From the NCBI GenBank assembly GCA_965238005.1, contig OZ250165.1, positions 3,648,001-3,712,000 on the forward strand: a stretch of 64,000 nt of DNA, written 5' to 3'. The DNA comes from Longimicrobiales bacterium. Its GTDB lineage: Bacteria; Gemmatimonadota; Gemmatimonadetes; Longimicrobiales; Gaopeijiaceae. Of this stretch, positions 1-10,147 are shown piece by piece. Position numbers and translations under genes: made by a program. The notes under the pieces are model-generated. The model worked only from the letters and a program-made list of their open reading frames with translations. It was not told the DNA's origin and did not search any database. Within the stretch, counting starts at the first letter, position 1, and every line of letters starts with the position of its first letter.

Positions 1-321
1 TTGCTGTTCTCATACTTCTTTGGGGTCGACCGGGGGTGGAAGGAGATGCACGAGGGAGCCGAGCTCCGGGTGCCGAGCATCTACCGGCCCATCGTGAAGT
101 GGGTCATGCCTCTCTTCCTGGTCGTTCTCCTCGCCTGGTGGAGCGTGACCGAGGCCGTACCCACTCTGTTGATGAAGACCGTGACCGACCCGGAGACCAT
201 CCCCGTCCGCTGGGCGAGTCGCGCCGTGATGGTGGCCGTCCTGATCCTGGGCCTCTACCTGGTGAATCGCGCCTGGCGGAACCGGCCAGCCGTCAGTACG
301 CCCGAGCTGGCCCCGTCATGA
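1..321 (+). CDS. C-terminal part of a sodium-dependent (NSS/SNF family) transporter, truncated by window start
   Basis: Hydrophobic helices and the pattern FGVDRGWKEMHEGAELRVP..YRPIVKWVMP typical of bacterial SNF transporter C-termini. Confidence 0.7.
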   Translation: MLFSYFFGVDRGWKEMHEGAELRVPSIYRPIVKWVMPLFLVVLLAWWSVTEAVPTLLMKTVTDPETIPVRWASRAVMVAVLILGLYLVNRAWRNRPAVSTPELAPS

Positions 322-461
322 CGCCTCTCGCCCTCACCCTGATGATCTCGAGCATGGGCCTCGTCACGGCTCTCGAGATCTACTGCATCTGGCGCTTGCT
401 CTCTCCGAAGCAAGGAAAGATCTCCGGCGATGTCCCCGACGCGGACGAGGACGCCGGATAG
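318..461 (+). CDS. Small single-TM protein (47 aa), MetS-like small subunit of NSS transporter
   Basis: ATGA overlap with the upstream stop; MTPLALTLMISSMGLVTALEIYCIWRLL hydrophobic segment plus acidic tail. Confidence 0.6.
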   Translation: MTPLALTLMISSMGLVTALEIYCIWRLLSPKQGKISGDVPDADEDAG

Positions 462-467
462 GCCGCC

Positions 468-669
468 TCAGCACGCAACGCGCCTGAACCGCCGGCCCGG
501 CACCGCCAATCGGGGAACGTCGGTGGCCAGCGAGTGGTTCCACACCAGCACCAACTCCTCGGGACTCGAATAAGGCAGAGGGCGGAAGAGGACCGCATTG
601 GCGATGCTGAAGATCGCCACGTTGCTGCCGATCCCGAGCCCGAGAGTGAGCAGGATGGCCGCGGTGAAT
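468..669 (-). pseudogene. N-terminal fragment of ADOP/MacB-like ABC permease
   Basis: Minus-strand translation [43 protein letters not shown], preceded by an in-frame TGA, with no start, ending after about 65 codons. Confidence 0.8.
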
Positions 670-724
670 CAGAGGGCCGACAAAGTCGCCCCTCTTACTA
701 GTCTAGGCGACTGACGAACACATC

Positions 725-1222
725 ATGACACCGAATACATCCCGAAGATTGAACACTACATCTACTGATCGCAAATCACGATCCCTGAGTTCGGGGGGCC
801 CAGCCTACGTTGCCGCCGTGGCTCTTCTCCTCTCCTCCTGCTCAGCCGACACCGCCGGCGATACAGGGGGCGACTCGCCGGAGCCGGCGGCGGCAGAGGC
901 TCCCGAGACGCGCCGGAGCCGAGTCGACACGGTCCGGGTGACCCTCGACGAGTACTCAGTCGGCATGCCGCCGGTGCTCCCGGCGGGACCGACCGTGTTC
1001 AGGTTGGAGAGCAGGGGCTTCGAGGAGCACAACCTCCTGTTCGTGCTGAAGGACGCCGACTCGGTGGTGTGGGAGAGCGAGGGCAGGCTGAGCCCCTACG
1101 AGACTCGGGTGGTGACCGTTGATCTCGTGCCGGGAGCCTACACGGTAGTGTGCGACTTCTCGGGCCACGAGGGCCGGGGGATGTTCACCGACCTGTTGGT
1201 GGAGCCGGACTCGATATCCTAG
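725..1222 (+). CDS. Cupredoxin-domain lipoprotein (type 1 copper site)
   Basis: Lipobox LLLSSC; EEHNL His plus C-terminal CDFSGHEGRGM (C-x4-H-x4-M); start uncertain. Confidence 0.75.
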   Translation: MTPNTSRRLNTTSTDRKSRSLSSGGPAYVAAVALLLSSCSADTAGDTGGDSPEPAAAEAPETRRSRVDTVRVTLDEYSVGMPPVLPAGPTVFRLESRGFEEHNLLFVLKDADSVVWESEGRLSPYETRVVTVDLVPGAYTVVCDFSGHEGRGMFTDLLVEPDSIS

Positions 1223-1297
1223 CGGCTAGTGCGGTGATCCGGCGCCTCGGCACTCTCGGTGGCTCGCGCGGCCGCACGCCACTTCTTCATCAGGCCA

Positions 1298-2023
1298 CTA
1301 GTAGCGCGTTACCGTACAGCCTCCCGAAACCGAGGCTTGAACCACCGGGTCGCCCTTGTATCGGATCCGGGATGCACCGCTCGCGGTCGCATCGAGCTCC
1401 TCCGAGACCCATACGACGGCCGATGAGACTCCCGAGGCGGTGATCATGGTGAGTGACGTCTCGAGGTCGCCGGCCAAATACGTCGAGACGCCGGAGACCT
1501 GCGCGTCGTGACCGAAGGCCCAGCCCGCGGTTCGAAAACTGCTGACGCCAGAGACGCCCACGGAGAGGAAGTCGGTGTCGATGGCGAGCGCCTCACCCTG
1601 CATCACCCCGGAAATCGCGATCCGATTCAGCCGCCGGTAACCTACCGTGTACACGATCTCGGTGATCTCGCGGAAGGTGATGTCGGAGTCGGGTCCGAGG
1701 AAGAGCGTGCCGTCTCGAACCACGGTCCCCAGAAGGGGGAGCACGTTGTCATCGGCACGCACCTCGACGAACTCGGAGTCGGACGGCTGGAGAATGAGGC
1801 GCCCTAGGCCGGAGGCGCTCACGCGCGAGAAGGGTGAGACGGTCCTGGTTTCCGTGACCACGTGGCCCGAGCCATTGATTCGGACGCGATCGTCATCGAC
1901 ATCCAGATCCAGATCCAGGATGCACGCAGAGGGGACCGTCGACGCCAACCACACCACACAGTGGATCATCCACCGCTTGAACCCCGCCGGAGCAAATGCC
2001 CCCCCGATCACGCTCTGTCTCAT
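1298..2023 (-). CDS. DUF2807 / head GIN domain beta-helix lipoprotein
   Basis: GSGHVVTETRTVSPF and repeated SGVSS/ASGAS turns, ending IRYKGDP; true start may be later. Confidence 0.8.
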   Translation of the reverse strand: MRQSVIGGAFAPAGFKRWMIHCVVWLASTVPSACILDLDLDVDDDRVRINGSGHVVTETRTVSPFSRVSASGLGRLILQPSDSEFVEVRADDNVLPLLGTVVRDGTLFLGPDSDITFREITEIVYTVGYRRLNRIAISGVMQGEALAIDTDFLSVGVSGVSSFRTAGWAFGHDAQVSGVSTYLAGDLETSLTMITASGVSSAVVWVSEELDATASGASRIRYKGDPVVQASVSGGCTVTRY

Positions 2024-2133
2024 CGTCGTCCCCCTCCACGGCCACTCTCGAGTGCAGGCTCTCTCAGCCCATCTACTCTATTCAACGAGCGAGTTCGGCC
2101 CATCTACTTACTGATCCGCTGCCCTCGGCCGCC

Positions 2134-3177
2134 CTACCTTCGAACCAGCGTGACGTCCCGGATCAGCTCCCGCACCCGGCTGGTCTCGCCTGCAGCTTCG
2201 ATGGCCTGCCACAGATGCTCCACCATCTGTCCGTCGACGAGTCCCGCCGTGCGCGTCGCCAGGCCCTCCGCCTCTCGGAACGCATCGACCGCCTCCACGA
2301 GATCGGCCGTGTAGCTCTGCGACGGGCCGTCCCGTGGGATTTCGGCGGCTTCGGGACGGTAATATCCCGCCGCGTGGAGCATCACCCGGAGCTGCCAGAC
2401 GTCGTTACCTGCGAACCGTCGGAGCTCCCGATAGCCCAAGGTCTGCGAGATTGAGTTCCAGATCCTGCGGAGCTCGGCGACGGGTGTGAGGTGCTCGCAG
2501 ACGTTGATGTCTGTGGTGACCTGGTCGGGCCGCCGGGAGTTCCCGGGACGCGGGTCCGCCACTACCACAGCCGCCGACTGCAGACGACCGGCGCGGCTGT
2601 CGCCCCCCAGAGCCTGGCCGGCGGCCAACGCCTCGATGAGCCGATCCGACAGATGGCGGCCCGTGCCCTCAGTGGCCTCGAAGCTGGCGGCGACCGCGTC
2701 CACCACCTCTGGGCCCACCAGGATGTTTCCCTGGGTCACGTAGTTGGGACCATCACGGTGCCCCGCCCAATAACTGGGACCGGTCCCGGTGTGTTGGGCC
2801 CGTGACCCGTCCAGGGAGATCACGCCCACCTGCCGCCGAGCGGACCCGGTATCGGCCGCCACCGCCTGGGCCAGTGCCGCGTCGGCGCTCATCCCATCCG
2901 CGATGAGATCCAGGAGCTCGTTGCCGTAGGCGACACGGGTGCTGGCCTGGGTCGCAACGGCACCGACACCCGCGCGGACCCAGGGTACGCCGTTCCCCAC
3001 ACAAGGAACTCGTGTCGTGACCGCGACGCCCGACTCCCCGGTTTCCGGATCGATTGCGGCGATGGAGAAGGTGGAGAAGTAGAGGTCGGGCCCCCATTCC
3101 ACGGGCTCCTGGGCAGCGGCGGCGCTAGCCAAAACGAGAACGGTGATCAAAGCCGAGAAAGACGAGCGCTGGAGCAT
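2134..3177 (-). CDS. DUF1028 (Ntn-hydrolase-like) exported protein with C-terminal peptidoglycan-binding-like domain
   Basis: Signal peptide; TFSIAAIDPETGESGVAV, GVGAVATQA, QGNIL, GGDSR motifs. Confidence 0.85.
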   Translation of the reverse strand: MLQRSSFSALITVLVLASAAAAQEPVEWGPDLYFSTFSIAAIDPETGESGVAVTTRVPCVGNGVPWVRAGVGAVATQASTRVAYGNELLDLIADGMSADAALAQAVAADTGSARRQVGVISLDGSRAQHTGTGPSYWAGHRDGPNYVTQGNILVGPEVVDAVAASFEATEGTGRHLSDRLIEALAAGQALGGDSRAGRLQSAAVVVADPRPGNSRRPDQVTTDINVCEHLTPVAELRRIWNSISQTLGYRELRRFAGNDVWQLRVMLHAAGYYRPEAAEIPRDGPSQSYTADLVEAVDAFREAEGLATRTAGLVDGQMVEHLWQAIEAAGETSRVRELIRDVTLVRR

Positions 3178-3250
3178 GGCATCCCCCGTTGGTTTCCGGC
3201 CCGAGGCGTGGATACGCCGCGCTCGCCGGTCGTCTGCGATAACGGTCTTG

Positions 3251-3288
3251 AAACACGGGGAGGCCCCCTTCGCAGGAGACCTCCCCGT
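3251..3288 (-). terminator. Intrinsic terminator downstream of the SmbP-like gene
   Basis: ACGGGGAGG...CCTCCCCGT hairpin followed by GTTTC on the minus strand. Confidence 0.55.
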
Positions 3289-3365
3289 ATCAGCAGCGTT
3301 CCTATCACACTCACGCCTCCGTCCGAACCGTGTGTGACGCGTGCGTGTTCGCCCTCCGGCTGCCG

Positions 3366-3947
3366 CTACATCGTAAAGTGCCTCATGGCCCCCTCTGCCT
3401 GCTCCGTGGCGATGTCGGCGTGCCCCATCCCGGCGTGATTGATGGCGCCCTTGAAACCGTCGATGGCCATCTGGATATGCCGATCGTCCATCACCTTCAG
3501 GGCCGCCTCGGCGTGAGCCAACGCCTGCTCGGCGTGCTCGGCCAGCACTGAGGCGTGACCCATCCCACCGTGTCGGATCGCCTCCTTACCAGCCTGCATC
3601 GCCAAGGCCACGTGGCTGGCGACCTCGAGGTGCGTGAGCGCCTCGTTGGCCTTGCCGGTCGCGATTCCGGCGTGGTCCATGTTGCCGTGATCGATCGCCT
3701 CATTCAGGCTCGCCACGGCCGCCGACGCATGGGGCGTTGTCAACTCCTCCACCGCCAGCTGGGCGTGGGTGAGGGCCAGCTCGGCATGCTGGACGACCAC
3801 GGAGGCATGCCCCATATCGCCATGGCGGATGGCCTCCTTGGTATGCTGTGTGGCTTGTGCGAGGTGGCCGTCCTGCGCCCAGGCCGGCTGGCCCGCAAGA
3901 ACGACCGCCACTCCGGCGAAAAGGCCGGCCTTCAGGATGCGCATCAT
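3366..3947 (-). CDS. His-rich periplasmic small metal-binding protein, SmbP-like, with two tandem domains
   Basis: AAGGAG RBS, signal peptide, repeated EAIRHG.MGHA...H.E.AL.H helical motif occurring in two units. Confidence 0.75.
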   Translation of the reverse strand: MMRILKAGLFAGVAVVLAGQPAWAQDGHLAQATQHTKEAIRHGDMGHASVVVQHAELALTHAQLAVEELTTPHASAAVASLNEAIDHGNMDHAGIATGKANEALTHLEVASHVALAMQAGKEAIRHGGMGHASVLAEHAEQALAHAEAALKVMDDRHIQMAIDGFKGAINHAGMGHADIATEQAEGAMRHFTM

Positions 3948-4014
3948 GACTCGCTCCTTGAAACGGGTGGAGGATGAGAAGCTAGGGGACGCAGGCGCCG
4001 GGGTCCAGGGAATC

Positions 4015-5226
4015 CTAGGATTTTCCGCAGAGGGCTGCCCCACTCCGAACGAGATCCTCCACCTGCTCGTCGGTGTAGCCCAGCTCCCCTAGCACCTCCC
4101 GCGTGTGCTCGCCCAGGACCGGGGCACCCCTGCGAACGGATCCGGGCGTCTCCGAGAACTTCACGGGGAACCCCACGGTCCGGACGGATCCGAGCAGTGA
4201 ATGCTCGACCTCCAGAACCATCTCCCGGGCCAGAGTCTGGGGTAGCTCCAACATCTCGCCTACGCTCGCCACCGGTCCGGCCGGGACACCCGCGCCCTCG
4301 AGGAGAGTGAGCCACTCCGCCGTCGTCCGGGCCTTGAAGCGCTCGCCGAGGATGGTGGACAACTCGTCGACATGCTCCATACGGTCTGAGTTCCGCCGGA
4401 AGCGAGGATCCTCGGCGAGCTCGGATAGATCCACCACTTCGACCAGCCGAAGCCAGTTGGTCTGGTTCGAGCCCCCCACTGTGATCCACCCGTCCGACGT
4501 CTCGAAGGCCTGGTAGGGGGCACTCATGGGGTGGGCCGAGCCCAGCGGCCCAGGGGAGTCACCGGTGGCCAGGGCCACGGCTGTCTGCCAGTACGACTGG
4601 GTGATTCCGGCCTCGAAGAGCGAGGTATCCACGCGCTGGCCCCTGCCGGTCTTGAGGCGCTCGATGTAGGCGGCCAAAACGCCCATTGCGGCGAGGATCC
4701 CGGCCGTGATGTCGGTCAGGGGCGGGCCGCACTTCACGGGAGGCCTCCCCTCGCCCTCGCCGGTGACGCTCATGATGCCGCTGTAGCCCTGGGTGATCAG
4801 GTCGAAGCCGCCGAGGTGCGCCATGGGCCCGGTGCGTCCGAACCCCGAGATCTCGCAGTAGATGAGGCCCGGGTTCCTCTCTCTCAGGGCCTCGTACCCG
4901 AGCCCCAACCGCTCCATCGTGCCTCTGCGGTGGTTCTCGATGAGCACGTCCGCACCGTCCACGAGACGGCGAGCGACCTCGAGGCCCCCCTCCGACTTGA
5001 GGTCGAGGGACACGCCCCGCTTGTTGCGGTTCATCATCAGGAACGCCGCCGACTCTCCCTTCAGGTCGGGAGGCATGAACTGTCGCGTGGAATCCCCGCC
5101 CGTGACCGGCTCCACCTTTATGACGTCGGCCCCCATGTCGGCGAGCATGCGTCCACACGTCGGGCCGGCCATGATGTGCGCGAACTCGATGACGCGCAGG
5201 TCGGTAAGGGGTCCCGGGTGACTCAT
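4015..5226 (-). CDS. Class III CoA-transferase (CaiB/BaiF family)
   Basis: MAGPTCGRMLADMGADVIKVEP, NRNKRG, GFGRTGP, GFDLITQG. Confidence 0.92.
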   Translation of the reverse strand: MSHPGPLTDLRVIEFAHIMAGPTCGRMLADMGADVIKVEPVTGGDSTRQFMPPDLKGESAAFLMMNRNKRGVSLDLKSEGGLEVARRLVDGADVLIENHRRGTMERLGLGYEALRERNPGLIYCEISGFGRTGPMAHLGGFDLITQGYSGIMSVTGEGEGRPPVKCGPPLTDITAGILAAMGVLAAYIERLKTGRGQRVDTSLFEAGITQSYWQTAVALATGDSPGPLGSAHPMSAPYQAFETSDGWITVGGSNQTNWLRLVEVVDLSELAEDPRFRRNSDRMEHVDELSTILGERFKARTTAEWLTLLEGAGVPAGPVASVGEMLELPQTLAREMVLEVEHSLLGSVRTVGFPVKFSETPGSVRRGAPVLGEHTREVLGELGYTDEQVEDLVRSGAALCGKS

Positions 5227-6014
5227 TCCCCTCGGAACCTCGGTGTGCGTCGCTCCAGGAAAGCCTGGACGCCTTCCCGATAGTCATCGGTCTGGAACGC
5301 CTCGTATGCCTCCAGTCGTTCCTCCTCGGTCACGGGCTGCCCGACCGTGAGCCTGCGCACGAACCTCTTGTGCCATCGGTTCACCAGCGGAGCACCGGCC
5401 GCGATGCGCTGGGCCGTGGCCAGTGCCTCCTCCTCCACCGAGTCGTCGGAGACCACACGGTTCACGAGGCCCACCTGGTACGCCCGCTCGGCGTTGAGCA
5501 GGCCACCTTCGAAGAGGATCTCCAGGGTGCCCGAGGCGCCGACCAGCTCCACGAGGGGGCCCAGCTCTCCATAGGACATCGTGAGCCCCAGCCGGTTGAT
5601 GGGTGCGCCGAACCGGCTCGACTCACTGCAGATCCTCAGGTCGCAGGACGCGGCGATCTCGAGCCCGCCGCCGACGCACGCCCCATGGATGAGCGCCAGC
5701 GTCGGGTGGGGACAACTCCGAATGGCGGAGAGGGCGCCTTCCAGCGCCTGGGCGTACTCCTGAACCTGCTCGGGAGTGTTACGCTCGTCCGGAAAGCCGG
5801 TGACGTCAGAGCCCGCGGAGAAGGCTCTGCTGCCGGCGCCCTGGACGACAACACAGTGGACGTCCGGGTCCCGGCCCAGAGTCTCCATGGCAACGGCGAG
5901 AGCCTCCCATCCCTTCCGGTCCAGCACATTCAGCCGGTCCGGACGGCTCAGCGTGACGATGGCCAGGGCATCCACGCGGCGGACCGTCACCCGGTCGGAC
6001 ATTTGGTCGCTCAT
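5223..6014 (-). CDS. Enoyl-CoA hydratase/isomerase family protein
   Basis: AFSAGSD, GACVGGGLEIAASCDLR, PRFRGE; ATG at 6014 overlaps the dctM stop. Confidence 0.9.
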   Translation of the reverse strand: MSDQMSDRVTVRRVDALAIVTLSRPDRLNVLDRKGWEALAVAMETLGRDPDVHCVVVQGAGSRAFSAGSDVTGFPDERNTPEQVQEYAQALEGALSAIRSCPHPTLALIHGACVGGGLEIAASCDLRICSESSRFGAPINRLGLTMSYGELGPLVELVGASGTLEILFEGGLLNAERAYQVGLVNRVVSDDSVEEEALATAQRIAAGAPLVNRWHKRFVRRLTVGQPVTEEERLEAYEAFQTDDYREGVQAFLERRTPRFRGE

Positions 6015-7294
6015 CGGTAGAAGAGATCGACGGGCCACATGGGAACTGCCGGAACGTAGGTGACCAGCAGAAGCATGGCTACGAGAACGGCCACGAAGTA
6101 GACGTTCACCTTGCTCACCTCCCAGATGTCCGCCTTGGCCACGGAGCAGGCCGTGACCAGGACACTGGCCACCGGCGGCGTCTGCTGGCCGATCCCCAGG
6201 TTCAGCGTGACCACGAGCCCGAAGTGAACCGGATCGATGCCGGCGGCCAGGACCAGGGGCATCACGATGGGCACGACCAGGATGATGGCGGCCGCCGAGT
6301 GGAGAAAGAGACCCACGAGCAGGAAGAACACGTTGAGGAGCGCGAGGATCGCCAGGCGGTTGTCGGTGAAGTCCATGATGCCCTGGGCGACGCGCTGCGG
6401 CACCTGCACCTCGGTCAGATAGTCGCCAAGAAGCGCCGAGGTGGCCACGAGGAGCATGACCACCGCCGTCTGGATGCCTCCGTCGAGCATGGCCGTCCGC
6501 AAGGCCCCGAGGTCGAGCTCCCGGTAGATGCCACCGCCGATGACGATGGCGGCCACCACCGCCAGGCCCGCTCCCTCGGTTGCCGTGACCCACCCCGAGA
6601 AGATCCCGCCGAGGATGATCCCCGGAAGGAGCAGCGCCCAGCCCGCCTCCTTGAGGGTCACGAAGACTTGCCGAAGCCGGAAGGTCGACTCCACAGGAAA
6701 GCCGTTCCTCAGGGCCAGAACGTAGACCACGACCATCATGAGGAGGCCGCCCAGCACGCCCGGAACGATCCCGGCCACGAAGAGCTCAACGACGGAGCTT
6801 CCCGACATCACGCCGTACAGGATCATGGGGATCGACGGAGGGATGATGACGGCCAAGGTGGCCGACGACGACGTGACGGCGGCGGCGAAGGGCGTGGGGT
6901 AGCCCCGCTTCTTCATCGCCGGGATGAGGATGGACCCCAGGGCCGCGACGTCGGCCACTGCGGAGCCGGAGATCTCGGCGAAGAAGAGGGACGCGCTCAC
7001 CGTCACCATGGCGAGGCCGCCCCGGATGAAGCCCACCAGCGCCGACGCCAGGTTGATCAGGCGCCGCGAGATTCCCGACGCGTTCATGATCGCCCCGGCC
7101 AGGACGAAGAGCGGGATGGCGATGAGGGCGAACTTGGTGGATCCGGAGAAGAGAACGATGGCGGCGTTGGGTAGCCCCCCCACTCCGGCCGTGAGCCAGA
7201 TCGCCAAGACCGCCACCACGCCGAGGGAGACCGCAATGGGCACGTTGATGAGGACCAGCGCCACCAGCCCGAGGAACATGAATAGGAGGGTCAC
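6011..7294 (-). CDS. dctM: TRAP transporter large permease
   Basis: AIPLFVLAG, ISGSAVAD, IIPPSIPMI, TPPV motifs. Confidence 0.93.
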   Translation of the reverse strand: MTLLFMFLGLVALVLINVPIAVSLGVVAVLAIWLTAGVGGLPNAAIVLFSGSTKFALIAIPLFVLAGAIMNASGISRRLINLASALVGFIRGGLAMVTVSASLFFAEISGSAVADVAALGSILIPAMKKRGYPTPFAAAVTSSSATLAVIIPPSIPMILYGVMSGSSVVELFVAGIVPGVLGGLLMMVVVYVLALRNGFPVESTFRLRQVFVTLKEAGWALLLPGIILGGIFSGWVTATEGAGLAVVAAIVIGGGIYRELDLGALRTAMLDGGIQTAVVMLLVATSALLGDYLTEVQVPQRVAQGIMDFTDNRLAILALLNVFFLLVGLFLHSAAAIILVVPIVMPLVLAAGIDPVHFGLVVTLNLGIGQQTPPVASVLVTACSVAKADIWEVSKVNVYFVAVLVAMLLLVTYVPAVPMWPVDLFYR

Positions 7295-7821
7295 GGGCTC
7301 TCCTCCGGGGCCGGATCGTCGATGCGCCCGGCCGCTGCGTCATCCGCGCCTCCCCGTCTCTCGCCCGGCGGACCAGCGAGCACCTCGGGAAGGGTGAGGA
7401 GCTCGGCGACGATGTAGAGCACCGCACCGATGGGAATCACCGACTGGGTGAATCGCTGAGGCACCCAAGGGAGGCTCACCAGAGTCTCGCCCCCGAGAAT
7501 GCCGAAGACCCTCCACCCCCCCCAAGCCACCACCAGGAAGAAGGTCAGGACGAAGACTTCGCCCAGCAGGATCAGCGGGCGCCGGACGGCGGGGCCGAGC
7601 CCATCCAGGAGCTTGGGGAAGCCGATGTGGACCCGGTGGAGCGCCGCCAACGCCGCCCCGTAGAAGGTGAGCCAGGCCAGGAGGATGGAGGCCACTTCGT
7701 CGTACCAGACCAGGGCGGCACCGAGCTTCCTGAACGCGACGCCCAGGACGACCACCAGCGCCAAAGCGGCCATGAGCGCCAGGACCACGACCTCCAGTGT
7801 GACCCGGAGCCCCCGTCGCAT
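7291..7821 (-). CDS. dctQ: TRAP transporter small permease
   Basis: Four TM segments, WYDEVAS..LAWLTFYGAA; lies between dctP and dctM; start approximate. Confidence 0.88.
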   Translation of the reverse strand: MRRGLRVTLEVVVLALMAALALVVVLGVAFRKLGAALVWYDEVASILLAWLTFYGAALAALHRVHIGFPKLLDGLGPAVRRPLILLGEVFVLTFFLVVAWGGWRVFGILGGETLVSLPWVPQRFTQSVIPIGAVLYIVAELLTLPEVLAGPPGERRGGADDAAAGRIDDPAPEESP

Positions 7822-7861
7822 GCGCCCACGAACGGCGTAGGCCCTCTGAGCGGCGGCCGTA

Positions 7862-8875
7862 TCAGCCCCCTGCGAGCTCGAGGGCCCGAGCCACCATGGC
7901 GTCACCGCCCTCCACCGTGCTTCCGAATTCCTGGAAGATCGCGCGGCTCGCCGAGACGAAGGCCTCCCGGTCCACATCGTTCACCTGCACGCCCCCCGCC
8001 CGGAGCTCCTCCAGGACGTAGGCGTCCATGCGGGCAGCCGTCTCGTGGACGAACGCCTGGGTCTCCGCCGCGATCTCGGTCAGGGCGGCCCGTGCGTCTT
8101 CGGGCAGCCGGTCCCAGCTCGCGCCCACCGTGACGTACGCCGGCGTGTAGACATGTCCCGTGAGGGACAGGTACCTCTGGACTTCGTGGAACTTGGAGGC
8201 GTGGATCTGGGCCAGCGGGTTTTCCTGCCCGTCCATGACCCCGGTCTGGAGCGCCACGAACACCTCCGACAAGGCCATGGGCGAGGGATTGGCGCCGAAG
8301 GCCTTGAACAGCCTGACCCGCCAGATCCCGCGGGGGGTGCGGAGCTTGATGCCCGCCAGGTCGGTGGGCGTCACCACGGGCCGCAGGTTGTTCGTCACGT
8401 GGCGAAACCCGTTCTCCCACACCGCGATGATCCTATAGCCACGCTCCTCCGCCAGCGGGACGAGGGTGGGCCACACGATCTCCTCTTCGATGCGCTTCAT
8501 GTGATCTCGGTCCTGGACCAGGTACGGCATCTCGAAGAGGCCGAAGGCGTCGACCGTGGACGACATGATGGTCGAGGGCAGTGCGAAGTCGAGGGTGCCC
8601 AGCTTGAGCTTCTGGAGCATGACCTCGTCCCCTCCCAGCTGGCTGGAGCCGAAGACGCTCACCTCGACCCGGCCCGCCAGCCTTGCGTTGGCCCGCCGGG
8701 CAAACTCCTCCGCAGAGACCGCGAACAGGGAGCCGGGGGCGCCCACGTGGCCGAACTTGAGCTCGATGAGCGACTCCTCCCCGGATTCGCCTCCGCAGCC
8801 GGCGACGCCCGAACCCACGACGAGGGCGATGAGGGCGACGGTCCACCGCGGGCTGCCGCCGCTCCATGCCGTCAT
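7862..8875 (-). CDS. dctP: TRAP solute-binding lipoprotein
   Basis: Lipobox VAGC; WENGFRH, GIKLR, EVFVALQTGVMDGQENP. Confidence 0.93.
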   Translation of the reverse strand: MTAWSGGSPRWTVALIALVVGSGVAGCGGESGEESLIELKFGHVGAPGSLFAVSAEEFARRANARLAGRVEVSVFGSSQLGGDEVMLQKLKLGTLDFALPSTIMSSTVDAFGLFEMPYLVQDRDHMKRIEEEIVWPTLVPLAEERGYRIIAVWENGFRHVTNNLRPVVTPTDLAGIKLRTPRGIWRVRLFKAFGANPSPMALSEVFVALQTGVMDGQENPLAQIHASKFHEVQRYLSLTGHVYTPAYVTVGASWDRLPEDARAALTEIAAETQAFVHETAARMDAYVLEELRAGGVQVNDVDREAFVSASRAIFQEFGSTVEGGDAMVARALELAGG

Positions 8876-10050
8876 GCCGCTCCTCCCTCACCGGCCAGGA
8901 ACTCGAGGGCGACCTGGACACCACCCGCCTGGTGCGGAACACCGGCCATGCTCAGCCCCATCTCGACGCCGCACAGCGTCCCCGCCAAGGTCACGTCGTT
9001 GAGGTCACCGAGGTGGCCGATCCGGAAGACGCGGCCCTTCAGCTTCCCGAGCCCTCCCCCCAGCGACATGTCGAGACACTCCACAATGACCCGGCGGAGC
9101 TCGTTCGCGTCTGTCCCGTCGGGTACCTGAACGCACGTCAGAGCGGAGCTGAAGGCCGACTCTTCGAGGCAGAAGTTCTCGAGCTCCCACGCCGCGACGG
9201 CACGGCGGGTGGCTTGGGCGAATCGCGTGTGGCGTGCGAAGGTGCGATCCAAGCCCTCTTCGCGAAGCATCTTCAGGGCCTCATCGAGCCCGTACATCAG
9301 GTTCGTGGCCGGCGTGTAGGGGAAGTAACCGTCCTCGTTGGACGTCTTCATGGCGGTCCAGTCCCAATACGAGCGCGGAAGCTCCGCATCCGCGTGCGCC
9401 TCCAGAGCCTTCTTGCTCACCGCAGCGAAGCTGAGACCCGGAGGGAGCATGAGGCCCTTCTGGGAGCCGGCGATGGTCACGTCCACGCCCCATTCGTCGT
9501 GGCGGAGGTCCATGGCGCAAAGCGACGACACGGCATCGATCATGAGCAGCGCGGGGTGGTCCGCCCGGTCGAGGGCGGCCCGCGCTGCCGGGATGTCGTT
9601 GGTCACGCCGGTGGAGGTCTCGTTGTGGACCACGAGAACCGCCTTGATCTGATGACCCGTGTCGGCGGTGAGGCACTCCTCCAGAACCGCCGGATCGACC
9701 CCCCTACGCCAGTCCGAGGGCAAGACATCCACCGTGAGACCCATGTTTCGCGCAACCCCTGCCCAGTTCTCCGCGAAGTGCCCGCTGTCGAACGCCGCGA
9801 CCCGGTCGCCCGGGGACAGGGTGTTCACCAGGCCGGCTTCCCACGAGCCACTCCCCGAGGCCGGGTACATGAAGACGTGCTCAGAAGCCCGGAAGACCTC
9901 CTTCAGGCCGGCCAGAATCCTGCGGCCCATTTCGCCGAACTCGGGCGCCCGGTGGTCGATTGTCGGCCGGGCCATGGCGCGCAGGATCCGCTCCGGGACG
10001 TTGGTCGGTCCGGGGAGCTGCAGGAAGTGTCGTCCTGAACGAAACGCCAT
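8872..10050 (-). CDS. Class V PLP aminotransferase (serine/alanine-glyoxylate type)
   Basis: GRHFLQLPGPTNVP, VHNETSTG, DAVSS, GSQKGLMLPPG, FRIGHLG. Confidence 0.9.
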   Translation of the reverse strand: MAFRSGRHFLQLPGPTNVPERILRAMARPTIDHRAPEFGEMGRRILAGLKEVFRASEHVFMYPASGSGSWEAGLVNTLSPGDRVAAFDSGHFAENWAGVARNMGLTVDVLPSDWRRGVDPAVLEECLTADTGHQIKAVLVVHNETSTGVTNDIPAARAALDRADHPALLMIDAVSSLCAMDLRHDEWGVDVTIAGSQKGLMLPPGLSFAAVSKKALEAHADAELPRSYWDWTAMKTSNEDGYFPYTPATNLMYGLDEALKMLREEGLDRTFARHTRFAQATRRAVAAWELENFCLEESAFSSALTCVQVPDGTDANELRRVIVECLDMSLGGGLGKLKGRVFRIGHLGDLNDVTLAGTLCGVEMGLSMAGVPHQAGGVQVALEFLAGEGGAA

Positions 10051-10147
10051 GGGTAGACTCCTGGAGACTGGGACCGGTTCGCGAGCGCAATGTCCCGTCG
10101 ACGGAACACTAGGGCGGAAATAATGGTGCGGAGCTACCTTCCCCGCC

